Positions 30,093 through 40,116 of a DNA stretch of 64,000 nucleotides are shown piece after piece. The translations under genes were made by a program, and so were the position numbers. The stretch comes from a virus: positions 1 to 64,000 of the IMG/VR virus record IMGVR_UViG_3300025113_000003; one strand, written 5' to 3'. Each line of letters opens with the position of its first letter. Position 1 is the first letter of the stretch. The notes beneath the pieces were generated by a model. That model was not told the DNA's origin. It made no database searches and saw only the letters and a program-made list of their open reading frames with translations.

Positions 30093-31060
30093 TTGGGCGT
30101 ATCCTCTTTTTCCTTGGACTTCTTCGGCGCCAAGTAGACCTTTGCGTAGGGCTGGTTGCGGTTGGTGTAGTCCAGGTCCAGCATGTCCTTCGTCATCTCT
30201 CCAACGAAGCGGATCTTCATGCTTCCAGTTTCGATGAAGATGAACTTCTTTCCGGTGATGTAGTCGGTGAAGGCCTGGTCCACCCAGCGCTGGATGATCT
30301 TGTCAACCGTGCTGATCGCGGCGTCCACGGTCACCGACCCGCCGGTATCCAGCAGGTTCTTGATGGGTGCGACCGACTTGGCCTTCTTGACGTTGAGGAT
30401 CAGGTCGTCCTCTCCCTTCTTCAGCAGGTCGCCGTCCTTCTTGAGAATGAGGTCGATTGACTTCTTGGAGCCGCCTGAGCTCTCGCCTGCCAGCTTCTTG
30501 AGGTCCAGCTTGCGCCAGTCCTTGATTGGGTTGGTGTTGGCCTTGCCTGATCCAAGCCAGCCTTCAAGCTTGTCTCCCGTGATGTCCACGTAGGTGTCGT
30601 TGAAGTCAGACAGGTCCTTCAGGAGCTGCGTAACGGCCTTGTCCCCGTCCTTGGTGACCTTGAAGTTGTTGATGGCGTCTGGGCCGTTCTTTCTACCTGC
30701 CTTCACCTCGGCGTATGGCTTGCCGTTCATGAAGACGTCGATGGGCGAGTTCTTTCCACCGATGCCGAGGTTGTCAAAGACGAAGTAGAGCACCAGCTCA
30801 CCTGGTCCGACCCCATCTGACTTTGCTCGATTGATCGCCTTGGACTCCTTAGGGAAGGCGTCGACGAAGCTGTTGTATGCCGCCATGAGATTGGAGTCCG
30901 CCGCCTTCTTGAAGTACGGCTGCATCTTCTGCAGCGTGGCGGCGTCGATACCCGCGGCGGCAGCGATGGCGGCACGCCCCTTTTCCTTAGCGGCGGGGCT
31001 GCTATCTGAGGACACCGAGCTAAGGTCAGCCTCAACGAGGAACTGCTTAAAGGTGATCAT
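30089..31060 (-). CDS. Putative head-packaged protein, possible PD-(D/E)xK nuclease fold
   Basis: N-terminus MITFKQFLVE; GVGPGE...IDV...AEVKA; TAAATA 31082-31087. Confidence 0.55.
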   Translation of the reverse strand: MITFKQFLVEADLSSVSSDSSPAAKEKGRAAIAAAAGIDAATLQKMQPYFKKAADSNLMAAYNSFVDAFPKESKAINRAKSDGVGPGELVLYFVFDNLGIGGKNSPIDVFMNGKPYAEVKAGRKNGPDAINNFKVTKDGDKAVTQLLKDLSDFNDTYVDITGDKLEGWLGSGKANTNPIKDWRKLDLKKLAGESSGGSKKSIDLILKKDGDLLKKGEDDLILNVKKAKSVAPIKNLLDTGGSVTVDAAISTVDKIIQRWVDQAFTDYITGKKFIFIETGSMKIRFVGEMTKDMLDLDYTNRNQPYAKVYLAPKKSKEKEDTPK

Positions 31061-31084
31061 ATGGAAGAACAGACATCGAGCTAT

Positions 31085-32761
31085 TTACTCCGCCAGGCCT
31101 GAGGCAGCTGCCTTTATCTTCTGCAGGAAGGTAGCAGCTGCAGCGGTACGGGAGGCCTCGTTGGCCACCTCTCGAATGCGCTTGGCCTGCTCGGCATGGG
31201 TAGCTGGCACCGGCTCGTCAATGAGCTGAAAGAAGCCAGTGACGGCGTCCGCCAGCAGCGGGCCCTGCACCTTCCAGCCGGTGAGGTGCAGCTTCTCAGG
31301 TAGCTTCAGCCCTGGGCGCACCACCCTAGCCAGGTCGCCAACGACGCCGTTGATGTTCCATTGAGTCCAGCGCTTCTGGCGGGCCACGATGTCCGCCAGC
31401 TCATTGGCTCGCATGTCGTAGGCACGAGAGGTCAGCAGCTGGTCCCCAGAGGCGAGGTCCTTGATCTTGACGTAGCCTGCCTCACGGCCGCGCCGCTGTG
31501 GAGAGTTGGGGTCGGCGTAGGCTGGGTGGGCGATGCCCTCATCAAAGATCGCGTGCAGCTGCTTGATAACGTTGTAGGCCTCTGAGTTGGCACCTGCGGC
31601 GGCGGTCAGCTGTGCCAGGTCGAGATCTGCCAGGTACTTCTTGAAGTAGCTGAGCGCTGAGTTCAGCAGCTTCCCGATCTTCTCCTTGATGGCCGGGTCC
31701 AGCAGCAGCTTGATCTGCTCCAGGCGCCCCTGGGCTCCGGTGCCCCAGCTCAGGTCACGGTAGTCGATCTCGGCGAAGGGCAGCTTCAGCACCTTCGCGA
31801 AGAGCGAGAGCTGGTCCTGCAGCGCGTCGAGGTTGGCGGCGCCCTGCTCGGTAGCGGTGGGGTCCACCTCGCCGGCCTTGGTGTGCTTGCTGACGACGCG
31901 AGCTAGGCGCTTGCCTGGCTTGAGAATGACGGTGTTGTAGGAGTGGTGCGCCTCCTGCGGCCAGTAGTTCTTCTCACCAAACTTCTGCATGTCAACGACT
32001 ACGTCCTCAGGCTCCGCCAGCGTCGACACGACGAAGCCCAGCTCAGCGCCGTGCCTGCTCAGCTTCTTCTCTGGGTTGCTGTCCATCCCTCGCCATGAGT
32101 CATCTCGCCCGTAGAGCGCTGATCTAAGCGCTGAGTCGCGGTCCTTCGTCCACGCGGTGTAGTCATCGAGATCGAGGTCGACGACCCGCGTGCCTTCACG
32201 GATGGACTTCAGGAACTTCAGACCGGTGCCGTAGGACAGGAAGTTGTCACCTGCCTTCAGGGACCGCTCATCGAAGTGGAAGCCGTGATAGACGGTGATG
32301 GGGCGGGACGGCTTGAGGTTCAGGCTGCCCAGCTCGCGGGCGGTGTAGGCATCGATGTGAAAGTGGCGGCTGAACGCGACGTGCAGCACGTCGTGGGCGC
32401 GCTTGCTGAGGTCGCCCTTCTGCACCTGCCCGACGTCCTTGAAGATGTCCTTGACCAGGTTCTGCAGCCAGTCAAGGTCAATCTGCTTGAGCTCGTCGGT
32501 CGGCTTGGTGGCGGCTATCCGCTTCCACCAGTGCTTACTGACGTCGCGCGCGTCGGCGCGCTGGTCAACGTGGGCGCGGACCTGGGGATTGCTGAAGATG
32601 TAGTAGCGGAGGGTCCGGATAAACTCCGCGGGGTCCTTGAGCTCATCGACGTTCAGGGCGCGCTGGAAGACCTGCTTGACGCGCGGGTCCTTCTTCATCT
32701 TGTCCTTGAGGACGTCAACGGGGATGTTCGCGGCCTCGTCGAGCTGCTGGAGAAACTGCAT
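31085..32761 (-). CDS. Putative head-packaged protein, possible ADP-ribosyltransferase-like domain
   Basis: N-terminus MQFLQQLDE; ITVYHG...YTAWT...VIL strand pattern; TAAATA 32785-32790. Confidence 0.5.
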   Translation of the reverse strand: MQFLQQLDEAANIPVDVLKDKMKKDPRVKQVFQRALNVDELKDPAEFIRTLRYYIFSNPQVRAHVDQRADARDVSKHWWKRIAATKPTDELKQIDLDWLQNLVKDIFKDVGQVQKGDLSKRAHDVLHVAFSRHFHIDAYTARELGSLNLKPSRPITVYHGFHFDERSLKAGDNFLSYGTGLKFLKSIREGTRVVDLDLDDYTAWTKDRDSALRSALYGRDDSWRGMDSNPEKKLSRHGAELGFVVSTLAEPEDVVVDMQKFGEKNYWPQEAHHSYNTVILKPGKRLARVVSKHTKAGEVDPTATEQGAANLDALQDQLSLFAKVLKLPFAEIDYRDLSWGTGAQGRLEQIKLLLDPAIKEKIGKLLNSALSYFKKYLADLDLAQLTAAAGANSEAYNVIKQLHAIFDEGIAHPAYADPNSPQRRGREAGYVKIKDLASGDQLLTSRAYDMRANELADIVARQKRWTQWNINGVVGDLARVVRPGLKLPEKLHLTGWKVQGPLLADAVTGFFQLIDEPVPATHAEQAKRIREVANEASRTAAAATFLQKIKAAASGLAE

Positions 32762-32794
32762 AGGTGGGCACCTGTGGTACCCCCTATTTACGGG

Positions 32795-33268
32795 TTAGTC
32801 GAGTGACCAGAGCGTGGTGTCAGGCCCAATGTGATGCTCGATAAGAGCGGCCACGACTGGCCAGTACCCGCCCCCGAGGCCGCAGCCCATGTACGGGTGG
32901 TGAAAGTCGTAGTGGAAGAGGCCCGTCAGCCGGGCGATCTGACCGGCACGGGCCAGCGCGGTGTCCAGCGCGTCGTACGAGGTGTAGCGCCGCTCGTCGC
33001 GCCCGTAGAACTGCTGACCGACCAGGTTGTAGACCCAGAGGTCCGGTTCTACCTGCACTGGAATCACCTTACCCAGGTGCTCAGCTCCACGCCCTGGTGA
33101 AACGGATCTAGGTGGCTGCACCTCAGCGGAGTAGGCCTCCCATACCGCTGGCCAGCGCTCACGGATGTCCTTGGCGATGCCGGACCCCATCACGCCCTGC
33201 GCGTTGACCTGCTGCAGGATGACGCCGCGTCGGACGTAGCTTACCAGGTTGCCCTTCTGGTGATTCAC
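32795..33268 (-). CDS. Macrodomain (ADP-ribose binding/hydrolase) protein
   Basis: GNL, QQVNAQGVMGSGIA, NLVGQ, MGCGLGGGYW. Confidence 0.88.
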   Translation of the reverse strand: MNHQKGNLVSYVRRGVILQQVNAQGVMGSGIAKDIRERWPAVWEAYSAEVQPPRSVSPGRGAEHLGKVIPVQVEPDLWVYNLVGQQFYGRDERRYTSYDALDTALARAGQIARLTGLFHYDFHHPYMGCGLGGGYWPVVAALIEHHIGPDTTLWSLD

Positions 33269-33756
33269 CTGGACAGCTCCGCGTAGGTGCCTTCAAGCAG
33301 GTCGGCGTTCACGCGCTTCCACGACTCGCACCGACGTGCCTCGCGAAGATTGGTGAGATAGAGGTCCTCCAGCACGTCAGCGAAGCCTGCGTACTCGATC
33401 TCCATGTACCGCTCGATGAGCAGGTGGTCGGTACCCGTCGGGCTCTCGCGAGCCCGTATGACGACGGTGGGCACCAGCACCCCAGTGCTCTGCATGTTTG
33501 GGAGGTAGCGCAGCCGCTCCAGCACGCGGGGCTCCTCCAGCGCCAGCTTGGCGCGGTCATCAGCGATGACCCGTGCCACATCTCTGCTGAAGTGGTCATC
33601 AGGGTGGCAGCGCGCGTAGGTGAAGAAGAGGTCGCCTTCAGGTAGCTCACCGAAGCGGAGGCAGATGCCGCCGGTGGGAAGGGTCACCAGCTCCACTCGC
33701 TTCTCGTCAAAGCGCTGCGGGCGGATGTAGCGGTAGAAGTGGCTTACCTCTTCCAT
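33265..33756 (-). CDS. Hypothetical protein
   Basis: 163-aa ORF in operon. Confidence 0.65.
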   Translation of the reverse strand: MEEVSHFYRYIRPQRFDEKRVELVTLPTGGICLRFGELPEGDLFFTYARCHPDDHFSRDVARVIADDRAKLALEEPRVLERLRYLPNMQSTGVLVPTVVIRARESPTGTDHLLIERYMEIEYAGFADVLEDLYLTNLREARRCESWKRVNADLLEGTYAELSR

Positions 33757-34049
33757 GGTTGGTCCTTCAGAGTTTCAACCAGCTCCTTGAGGCTGGTTCC
33801 AGCGGCTGCGATTGCCTCCAGGCAGAGGTGCTCTGCTTCACTTTCAGCGTCCTCGCGCTTCTCGTGGTGCTTCTTCTGCATGCGCTCCATGTAGGCCAGG
33901 CGGCCAGACCCGCAGGAGCGCTCGAAGTCGATTGCCGTCTGCACCACAAAGTCATCACCGACCACCCAGTGGTAGTCGGTGGAGGCTGGCTCATGAAGCG
34001 GCCCCTCACCAAACCACTCAGGGTGCATGTCGCAGGCGTAGTGACCCAT
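33744..34049 (-). CDS. Hypothetical protein
   Basis: Starts 1 nt after thyA stop. Confidence 0.55.
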   Translation of the reverse strand: MGHYACDMHPEWFGEGPLHEPASTDYHWVVGDDFVVQTAIDFERSCGSGRLAYMERMQKKHHEKREDAESEAEHLCLEAIAAAGTSLKELVETLKDQPWKR

Positions 34050-34050
34050 G

Positions 34051-34992
34051 TCAGGCGCTCATCTTGGCTGGGATGGCGGCCTGCGGGTTGTAGCCGACCA
34101 GCTGGAAGTCATCGACGGTGTACTCATCCACCTCCTTGCGCTCCGATGTGATGCGCAGCCGAGGCAGCTCAGTCGGCTCGCGCAGCAGCTGCTTCTCAAC
34201 GGCGACGACGTGGTCCTTGTAGATGTGCGTATCACCAAGCACCATCGACAGGGTGCCCGCCTCAGCGCCAACGGTGTACGCAAGCAGGTGCGTCAGCAGC
34301 GCATAGGACGCGATGTTGAACGGCAGCCCGAGAAAGCTGTCAACGCTGCGCTGGTACATCTGGCAGCTCAGCTTGCTGTCGTTGCTGAGGTAGAACTGCG
34401 CGAACATGTGGCACGGCGGAAGCGCCATCTGGTTCAGCTCACCTGGGTTCCAGGCGGTGAGGATGATGCGGCGGTCGGTTGGGTTGGTGCGCAGCTTGTG
34501 GACCACCTGAGCGAGCTGATCGATCTGTGTCTGCTGGACCTTCGCACCGAAGTATGTCGTGCCGCCAGACCCGTCGTGGTGGTTCAGGTAGTCCTCATAG
34601 CTCTCGACCTTGGCGCTGCGCCAGGCGCGCCACTGCACCCCGTAGATGCGTCCCAGGTCACCCTCAAAGGAAGGCTTGAAGCTGGAACCGCTCGTCGCCT
34701 TTGCGTTGGCAGTCCAGATGGTCTCCTTGGCGGGGTCGCGGGTACCGTGGGTCAGCTCAGCGAGCCGGCGCTCGTCCTCCGAGCCCTCGATGAACCACAG
34801 CAGCTCAGCGACGATGGAGCGCCAAGGTAGCTTCTTGGTGGTCAGAAGCGGGAAGCCATCAGCGAGGTCGATGTTCAGCGAGGTGGCGAAGATGGCACGG
34901 GTACCGGTACCCGTGCGGTCGGCGCGGTCCTCACCCTTGTCGAGGATGTAGTGCAGCAGGTCGAGGTACTCGTGCTCGAAGGTGTAGTCCAT
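34051..34992 (-). CDS. thyA: Thymidylate synthase
   Basis: DRTGTGT, FPLLTTKK, ELLWF, ALPPCH, QRSVDSFLGLPFNIASY (dUMP-specifying Asn), GDTHIY. Confidence 0.97.
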   Translation of the reverse strand: MDYTFEHEYLDLLHYILDKGEDRADRTGTGTRAIFATSLNIDLADGFPLLTTKKLPWRSIVAELLWFIEGSEDERRLAELTHGTRDPAKETIWTANAKATSGSSFKPSFEGDLGRIYGVQWRAWRSAKVESYEDYLNHHDGSGGTTYFGAKVQQTQIDQLAQVVHKLRTNPTDRRIILTAWNPGELNQMALPPCHMFAQFYLSNDSKLSCQMYQRSVDSFLGLPFNIASYALLTHLLAYTVGAEAGTLSMVLGDTHIYKDHVVAVEKQLLREPTELPRLRITSERKEVDEYTVDDFQLVGYNPQAAIPAKMSA

Positions 34993-35054
34993 GTTGGGTC
35001 CTTTCAGCTCTAGCTGTCATTCTACTCTACTTACGCGGCTCCGTAGGGTAAGGC

Positions 35055-35594
35055 TCAGGTTACCCGGACCAGCAGCTCCCGCTCAGCAAGCAGCTCCAGC
35101 GCCTGAGCTACGTAGCGCAGGGTCTGGTGGTAGTTCGGCAGGGCGTCGTCGCTATCGCGGTTACCGGCGACGTTGAGGACCTCAACCTGGTGCTGAATGA
35201 TGAAGCTGACTATGGTCTCGATCAAGGTGATCTCAACTGCTACGGTGCTCCGGCTTCCCTGTGGAAACTGCACCTGCAGGCAGGGCTTGCCCACGCGGGC
35301 ACACTCAGCGGCGGTCAGGCGGCTGCCAGCTGAGTTCAGGTTGAAGCCGAGAAGCAAGGTGGCGTCTGCTGTCTCTATGTTGAGGACCGTTCGTGGTGGA
35401 TAGCTGGAGCTGGGGTGCTCAGTGAGCCCCAGCACCGCCAGCAGCGGGTTAGGACCAGCGGTCGTGCGCCAGCCCGCTGGGCAGAAGCCACCAGTGGCTA
35501 CGCCTGCTGCCCACGCCGCCATCAGCCCGCCTTGGTCAACGCCAGTCTGACCGCCTGAGATGACCTTCGAAAGTCCGCGGTAGGACGTCGTCAT
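35055..35594 (-). CDS. SLOG-superfamily / putative molybdenum-carrier-like protein
   Basis: [45 protein letters not shown]. Confidence 0.8.
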   Translation of the reverse strand: MTTSYRGLSKVISGGQTGVDQGGLMAAWAAGVATGGFCPAGWRTTAGPNPLLAVLGLTEHPSSSYPPRTVLNIETADATLLLGFNLNSAGSRLTAAECARVGKPCLQVQFPQGSRSTVAVEITLIETIVSFIIQHQVEVLNVAGNRDSDDALPNYHQTLRYVAQALELLAERELLVRVT

Positions 35595-36529
35595 ACCTTG
35601 ACATCAATAGTTGGATGGTAGATCTTCACCGCGTCGTAGAGCGCCTTCACCTTCGCTGGGTCCAGGTTCTTTGGGGCGGCGAAGACGGGGCTGAGCCGCA
35701 CGAAGATGTCTCCTCGCTCACCAGGCTTGTTGAGGTCGTGGATCCAGTGGTAGTAGCCCTTGCCCTTGACGCGCAGCCGTGAGGTCACGGCGTCGAAACC
35801 CGCTGGCACGCGCACCTCCAGCTTCTCACCATCGAAGCCAGTAACGACTGTCCAACCGCCGATCAAGAGGTCCAGCGCATCCACGGTGGCGGTGGTCTCG
35901 ATGTGGCCTGTTTCGACGACCACCACCTGCTTGCCGTCCAGCTGTTCAGGGTGCCACGAGCACTCGGAGGCGGTGCGCACCGTGAAGTTAGGGTCATGGA
36001 TGCGGGTGATGACAATGGCGGTCAGATTGGGCGTCAGATCGTGGCGGCTCTGGTAGCCGTCGGGGGTGCCAGGAGGCACCTTGAGAACCTCGACCCCGCC
36101 GCCAGGCAGCTGCATGTCAATGGTGAAGCCCGCGAAGGCCTCCTTCAGCGTGATCCCCGCCTGGAACTGAACGGTTTGGCGGAAGTTGCTGCTTCCCTTA
36201 AAGCTAGGGCCAAAGCCGCGTGAGCGACGCAGAGCCTCCAGGATCTGATCTGTTTCCGACCCACTTGAGGCGGTGTGCCAACCCTGAAATCCACCCGCAG
36301 GGCCGTGTGGGTCACCACCCTGGTCGTAGATGGCCCGCTTCTGCGGGTCAGTGAGGATCTCGTACGCCTCCTTGACCTCCTTGAACTTCTCCTCGACCTT
36401 CTTCTTCTCGGCCTCGTCAGGCTGCTTGTCAGGGTGCCACTTGCTGGCAAGAACGCGATAGGCCTTCTTGAGGTCGTCGTCGGTGGCGTCCTTCGGAACG
36501 CCTAGAATTGAGTAGTAGTCCTTTTTCAT
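35591..36529 (-). CDS. DnaJ/CbpA-like co-chaperone
   Basis: [29 protein letters not shown]; C-terminal LRVKGKG..GDIFV; no Zn finger; start MKKDYY. Confidence 0.9.
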   Translation of the reverse strand: MKKDYYSILGVPKDATDDDLKKAYRVLASKWHPDKQPDEAEKKKVEEKFKEVKEAYEILTDPQKRAIYDQGGDPHGPAGGFQGWHTASSGSETDQILEALRRSRGFGPSFKGSSNFRQTVQFQAGITLKEAFAGFTIDMQLPGGGVEVLKVPPGTPDGYQSRHDLTPNLTAIVITRIHDPNFTVRTASECSWHPEQLDGKQVVVVETGHIETTATVDALDLLIGGWTVVTGFDGEKLEVRVPAGFDAVTSRLRVKGKGYYHWIHDLNKPGERGDIFVRLSPVFAAPKNLDPAKVKALYDAVKIYHPTIDVKV

Positions 36530-37056
36530 GTGACATCCAGTTGAACGAGAATAGTTACATGGCGGCCCCATGTCGCCCCGATAACCTGGCTCTCGGGCAC
36601 GGTAATCTCCCGTGTGTGAGCTCGCGTTCCTGAACGGACGTCGTAGGTCATGACCTCACCGCCATGAAGATACGGCACGGTGCAGCCCTTCGCTGCCTGC
36701 TGCGCTGTGATCTGCAGCTGCACCTGGTAGGCCATCTTCCCACGCTGCCAGTTGGGCGTCGTTGCTGGCAGCCGAGGACCGGCTGCCTTCCCGTACGGTC
36801 TGCTTCTCGCGCCAGCGCTGGAGCGCGAGGGCGGAACCGGATCGAACGAGGAAGCATAGACCGGTCTCGTCGCTTCCGGTGGGGGTACCTGGTATCCAGC
36901 CTGAATGAATTCCCATGCTTCCTTGAACTCCTTGAACTTCGCCTCATTTCCACCTATGTCAGGGTGGTACTTCCCCCGCAGCGCACGCCACACCTTTCTA
37001 GCGTCCTCAATGGACGAGTTATCGGCGAGGCCAAGCACTCTAAACGGGTTCATCAC
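36526..37056 (-). CDS. J-domain protein
   Basis: [25 protein letters not shown]. Confidence 0.82.
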   Translation of the reverse strand: MMNPFRVLGLADNSSIEDARKVWRALRGKYHPDIGGNEAKFKEFKEAWEFIQAGYQVPPPEATRPVYASSFDPVPPSRSSAGARSRPYGKAAGPRLPATTPNWQRGKMAYQVQLQITAQQAAKGCTVPYLHGGEVMTYDVRSGTRAHTREITVPESQVIGATWGRHVTILVQLDVT

Positions 37057-37457
37057 GCAGCGGTCAGGTTCTCCGCATCAATAGTCAGATCCAGCGGGTC
37101 ATTGAAGTCAACCTCTACCCATTTGCCGTCAACGCGAACCTCGAGGCGAAGGTTGCGCATGGTCATGCCCTCAGCGACCGCGCGATCAATCTGCTCAAGG
37201 ACGCCCATCTTCTTCCAGACCTCGCGCTGGTGCCAGGCCTTGAACTCCTTCGTACCGCACATCTTGACGAAGGCATCGGACTTGTTGCTCTGCTGGCTGC
37301 GCCCGTCCTGGGAGTAGGCATGGGCACCGCTGTCCCGATGGGTGCAGTGCACCGCTGTCAGGCTCTTGTTGCGCGCCTGCCCACCTGCCCCTTGGCCGTG
37401 ACTGAACTTCCAGTCGCAGTCAGCGGCGGTGACAGAGAAGAGAAGCTCACGCGGCAT
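37053..37457 (-). CDS. Stand-alone RF-1 domain (GGQ) peptidyl-tRNA hydrolase, ArfB/PrfH-like
   Basis: GQGAGGQARNKSLTAVHCTH..SG.....QDGRSQQSNK..AF; no codon-recognition domain. Confidence 0.88.
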   Translation of the reverse strand: MPRELLFSVTAADCDWKFSHGQGAGGQARNKSLTAVHCTHRDSGAHAYSQDGRSQQSNKSDAFVKMCGTKEFKAWHQREVWKKMGVLEQIDRAVAEGMTMRNLRLEVRVDGKWVEVDFNDPLDLTIDAENLTAA

Positions 37458-37608
37458 AGATCGCCATGAAGACTAGGAGTAGAAAGAGGTCAATCCAGAA
37501 GACCACGGTCATGCCGTTGGCGATGGGCCGGCGCCAGCTGTCTGGCACCATCAGCGCGTCGTAGGCGATCCAGTCGGCAATGAAGCGTGGAAGTTGAGTC
37601 CAGTGCAT
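37447..37608 (-). CDS. Small membrane protein
   Basis: 53-aa ORF with hydrophobic C-terminus, 5 nt downstream of GTG-TAAAAT. Confidence 0.45.
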   Translation of the reverse strand: MHWTQLPRFIADWIAYDALMVPDSWRRPIANGMTVVFWIDLFLLLVFMAIYAA

Positions 37609-37837
37609 GGTCTATTTTACACCAACCCCGTGTGGACATCGCACCAAACACAGGACTGAATGCAGCAGAGGAGCTGTATTTAATCTCCTACGGTGTGGGT
37701 GAAGGTGGTGCGCAGAGGGTTGACGAGATCGGACCCGTTCTGCCAGTCAATGTTGCCGCTCAGCGTGTCAAGCAGCAGCCCAACTAACGAGTAGATCAAG
37801 GTCCCCAGACCCAGGGCGCCAAGGACCCAGAGCACGA

Positions 37838-38098
37838 TCACTGCAGGTTCGGCGGACCGCCGTCCGTGGTGATGACTGGGGGCACCTGGCTCCTTGGCAG
37901 CGGAAGGTAGATGTCAGAGGTCACCTCCTTGATCATCGCCTGCACGTCCTCCACCTTCATGGCGCCAGCTGAGTGACACGCGCGTAGCACGACAGTGGAC
38001 TTCACCAGCATCGCCGCTGCCAGGACCCGAGTGTCAAAGGTGGCGTACAGCCGGTCAAGCTCGATGGAGATCGCGCTGATGATGTCGTCTTGGCTCAT
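37838..38098 (-). CDS. Hypothetical protein
   Basis: TAGGAA RBS. Confidence 0.6.
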   Translation of the reverse strand: MSQDDIISAISIELDRLYATFDTRVLAAAMLVKSTVVLRACHSAGAMKVEDVQAMIKEVTSDIYLPLPRSQVPPVITTDGGPPNLQ

Positions 38099-38109
38099 GG
38101 TGCGGGTTC

Positions 38110-38553
38110 CTACGCAAGGTGCTTGCGGATGACGGCGTAGATCTCAGGCTCAACCGCCTTCCACTTCTGCCAGGTCTCGATGAGCTTCTCAACCTGGCGC
38201 TCCATGTTGATAAGCCCAAGCGGGCGACCGGACTCCTCGTCGTGAATGACGATGTAGCTAAACGCAGCGTTCGGTCCGGTTTTCTCTTGATTGTAGATGA
38301 TGTAGAGCTCCTCACCTAGGGTATCCAGCTCCTGCGATGGGTTGCGCAGCGACATATCTGGGTTGCGCCACGGACCGTCGCGCAGCGGCCGCTCAAAGTG
38401 CAGGTACTCCTTGGCTGGAGCAGCAGCGTAGCGATAGTAGAAACCGACCTTGTGGTGGCTCTCGTCAATGTAGGCGTCGCCCACCTCCACCAGCTGGCTG
38501 AGGTCGATCGTCCGACCCAGCAGCTTGTCGTAGTGGAGCGGACTCGAGAGCAT
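38110..38553 (-). CDS. Hypothetical protein
   Basis: Start MLSSPL coupled to topoisomerase stop (TGATG). Confidence 0.6.
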   Translation of the reverse strand: MLSSPLHYDKLLGRTIDLSQLVEVGDAYIDESHHKVGFYYRYAAAPAKEYLHFERPLRDGPWRNPDMSLRNPSQELDTLGEELYIIYNQEKTGPNAAFSYIVIHDEESGRPLGLINMERQVEKLIETWQKWKAVEPEIYAVIRKHLA

Positions 38554-39917
38554 CAGACCTCCAGCGCCTTCAGCTCGCGGCGGTACATGTCCATGGCGGT
38601 GTCGGCCTCGATCTTCGCCAGGGCGGCCTTGAGCGCGGCGAGCTTTTCCTCCAGCTCGGCGATGCGGTCCTTCGTCAGCGACCAGATCTGCATCGCGAGC
38701 AGCCGCTCGTAGTCGACGAAGTGATGCTCGAGAAGCGTGGCGATCAGCTCCTTCTTGCTCGTGTCGCGGAAGAGCGCCACGTTCTTGAGGTAGAACTTGA
38801 TGAAGCGAATGACCTCGCTCGCGAAGCGAACCTGCTCCTTGAGGTCGGCGATGAGGAACTGCCGACGGGTCTCCATCACCGCCAGCCGCCATGGCACGAA
38901 GGCATCTATGAGCGCCTCAGCGGACTCGAACCGCTGGAGGGTGCCGCCGATGTTCCACACCGTGAAGTTCTCGGTGTCGCGGCTGATGAGGCCGAACTTC
39001 TTGTAGAGCTCCTCGGTCGAGAGCGCCGTCGTGCTGCGTGGTACCGTGATCGTGAAGTCGAAGCCCTGCTCGGTGGAGCGGTCCTCGTAGTCCTTGATGA
39101 ACTCGGCGTCCTCGAGCTTGTTGAGGCGGTCCTTGTACTGGTCGAGGTAGGTGCCGATCGGCAGCTCAGTGACCTTGATGGTGGTGCTGTTCACCACCTC
39201 CAGCTTGCCGGTGACCACGACCTGGCCGGTCTCGGGGTTGCGCTCGACGGTGCCGTTGAAGCCGTTGAACCATGGAGTCAGGGTGCCTGGCTTGAGGCGC
39301 TTGCCGGCGAGGACCGCCAGACAGGCGTCGCGGACCTGGCCCGGGTGGTAGGAGAGGATGAGACACGCGTGGCCAGTGCCGGTGCCCTGAGCCCCGTTGA
39401 CGAGAACCAGCGGGAGCAGGGGCGCGTAGGTCTTGGGCTCGATCTTCTCGCCGTCGGTCTCATGGTGCTCGAGGATCGCGTCGTCGGCCTTCGGGAAGAG
39501 AGCGCGAAACCAGGGTGAGAGCTTCGTCTCGATGTAGCGGTGAGCGGCGGACTCGGCCGTCAGGCGCGATCCGAACTGACCTTCAGGCACGAAGAGGTTG
39601 CAGTTGTTGGAGCCTGGGTAGGCGTTCGCCATACCGACGATCGTCGAGGCGAGAGAGCCGGTGCCGTGGTGGTAGTCAGTGGAAGCTGCGACCGCTGAGG
39701 CGAGGCGCTCGACCTGGATCAGTCCCGCGTTCTCGCCGCGGAGCTGCGTGCCGTAGATAGCCTTGCGCTGCGCCGGCTTGAGGCCGTCGGTCAGCTTCGG
39801 GATGGAGCGGACGTTGTCGTAGAGCGAGAAGTCCTTGAAGGCCGTGTTGAAGAAGTGCCGAGCGGGAATACGCCGAGCATGAACGCTACCGGTTGGAGCA
39901 GGTTTGGTTTGTTTCAT
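38553..39917 (-). CDS. Type II DNA topoisomerase, breakage-reunion subunit (T4 gp52/GyrA-like)
   Basis: RSIP..DGLKPAQRK, YHHG..SL, GQFGSR, SAAHRYI (catalytic Tyr), LVNGAQG, ELP. Confidence 0.95.
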   Translation of the reverse strand: MKQTKPAPTGSVHARRIPARHFFNTAFKDFSLYDNVRSIPKLTDGLKPAQRKAIYGTQLRGENAGLIQVERLASAVAASTDYHHGTGSLASTIVGMANAYPGSNNCNLFVPEGQFGSRLTAESAAHRYIETKLSPWFRALFPKADDAILEHHETDGEKIEPKTYAPLLPLVLVNGAQGTGTGHACLILSYHPGQVRDACLAVLAGKRLKPGTLTPWFNGFNGTVERNPETGQVVVTGKLEVVNSTTIKVTELPIGTYLDQYKDRLNKLEDAEFIKDYEDRSTEQGFDFTITVPRSTTALSTEELYKKFGLISRDTENFTVWNIGGTLQRFESAEALIDAFVPWRLAVMETRRQFLIADLKEQVRFASEVIRFIKFYLKNVALFRDTSKKELIATLLEHHFVDYERLLAMQIWSLTKDRIAELEEKLAALKAALAKIEADTAMDMYRRELKALEV

Positions 39918-39923
39918 ACTGCT

Positions 39924-39967
39924 ATTGTATCACGCTGGCGACCCGCGTGTTGATGAAAATGTGTAAC
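39924..39967 (-). promoter_or_regulatory. Early promoter TGA-TACAAT with GTTACA box; 6 nt before ATG
   Basis: attgta 39924-39929; tgtaac 39962-39967. Confidence 0.6.
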
Positions 39968-40116
39968 GCGTGTTACAGCAGGGACCTCACGAGATAGCCG
40001 AAGGCGAAGCTGATGACCATGAGAACGAGCAGTAGCGGGGCCAAGGTGCGGTGGGCACCGGTCATCCAGATCAGAATGAGCGCCCCCTTCAGGCTGTCAA
40101 TGAAGTGTCTCATGGG

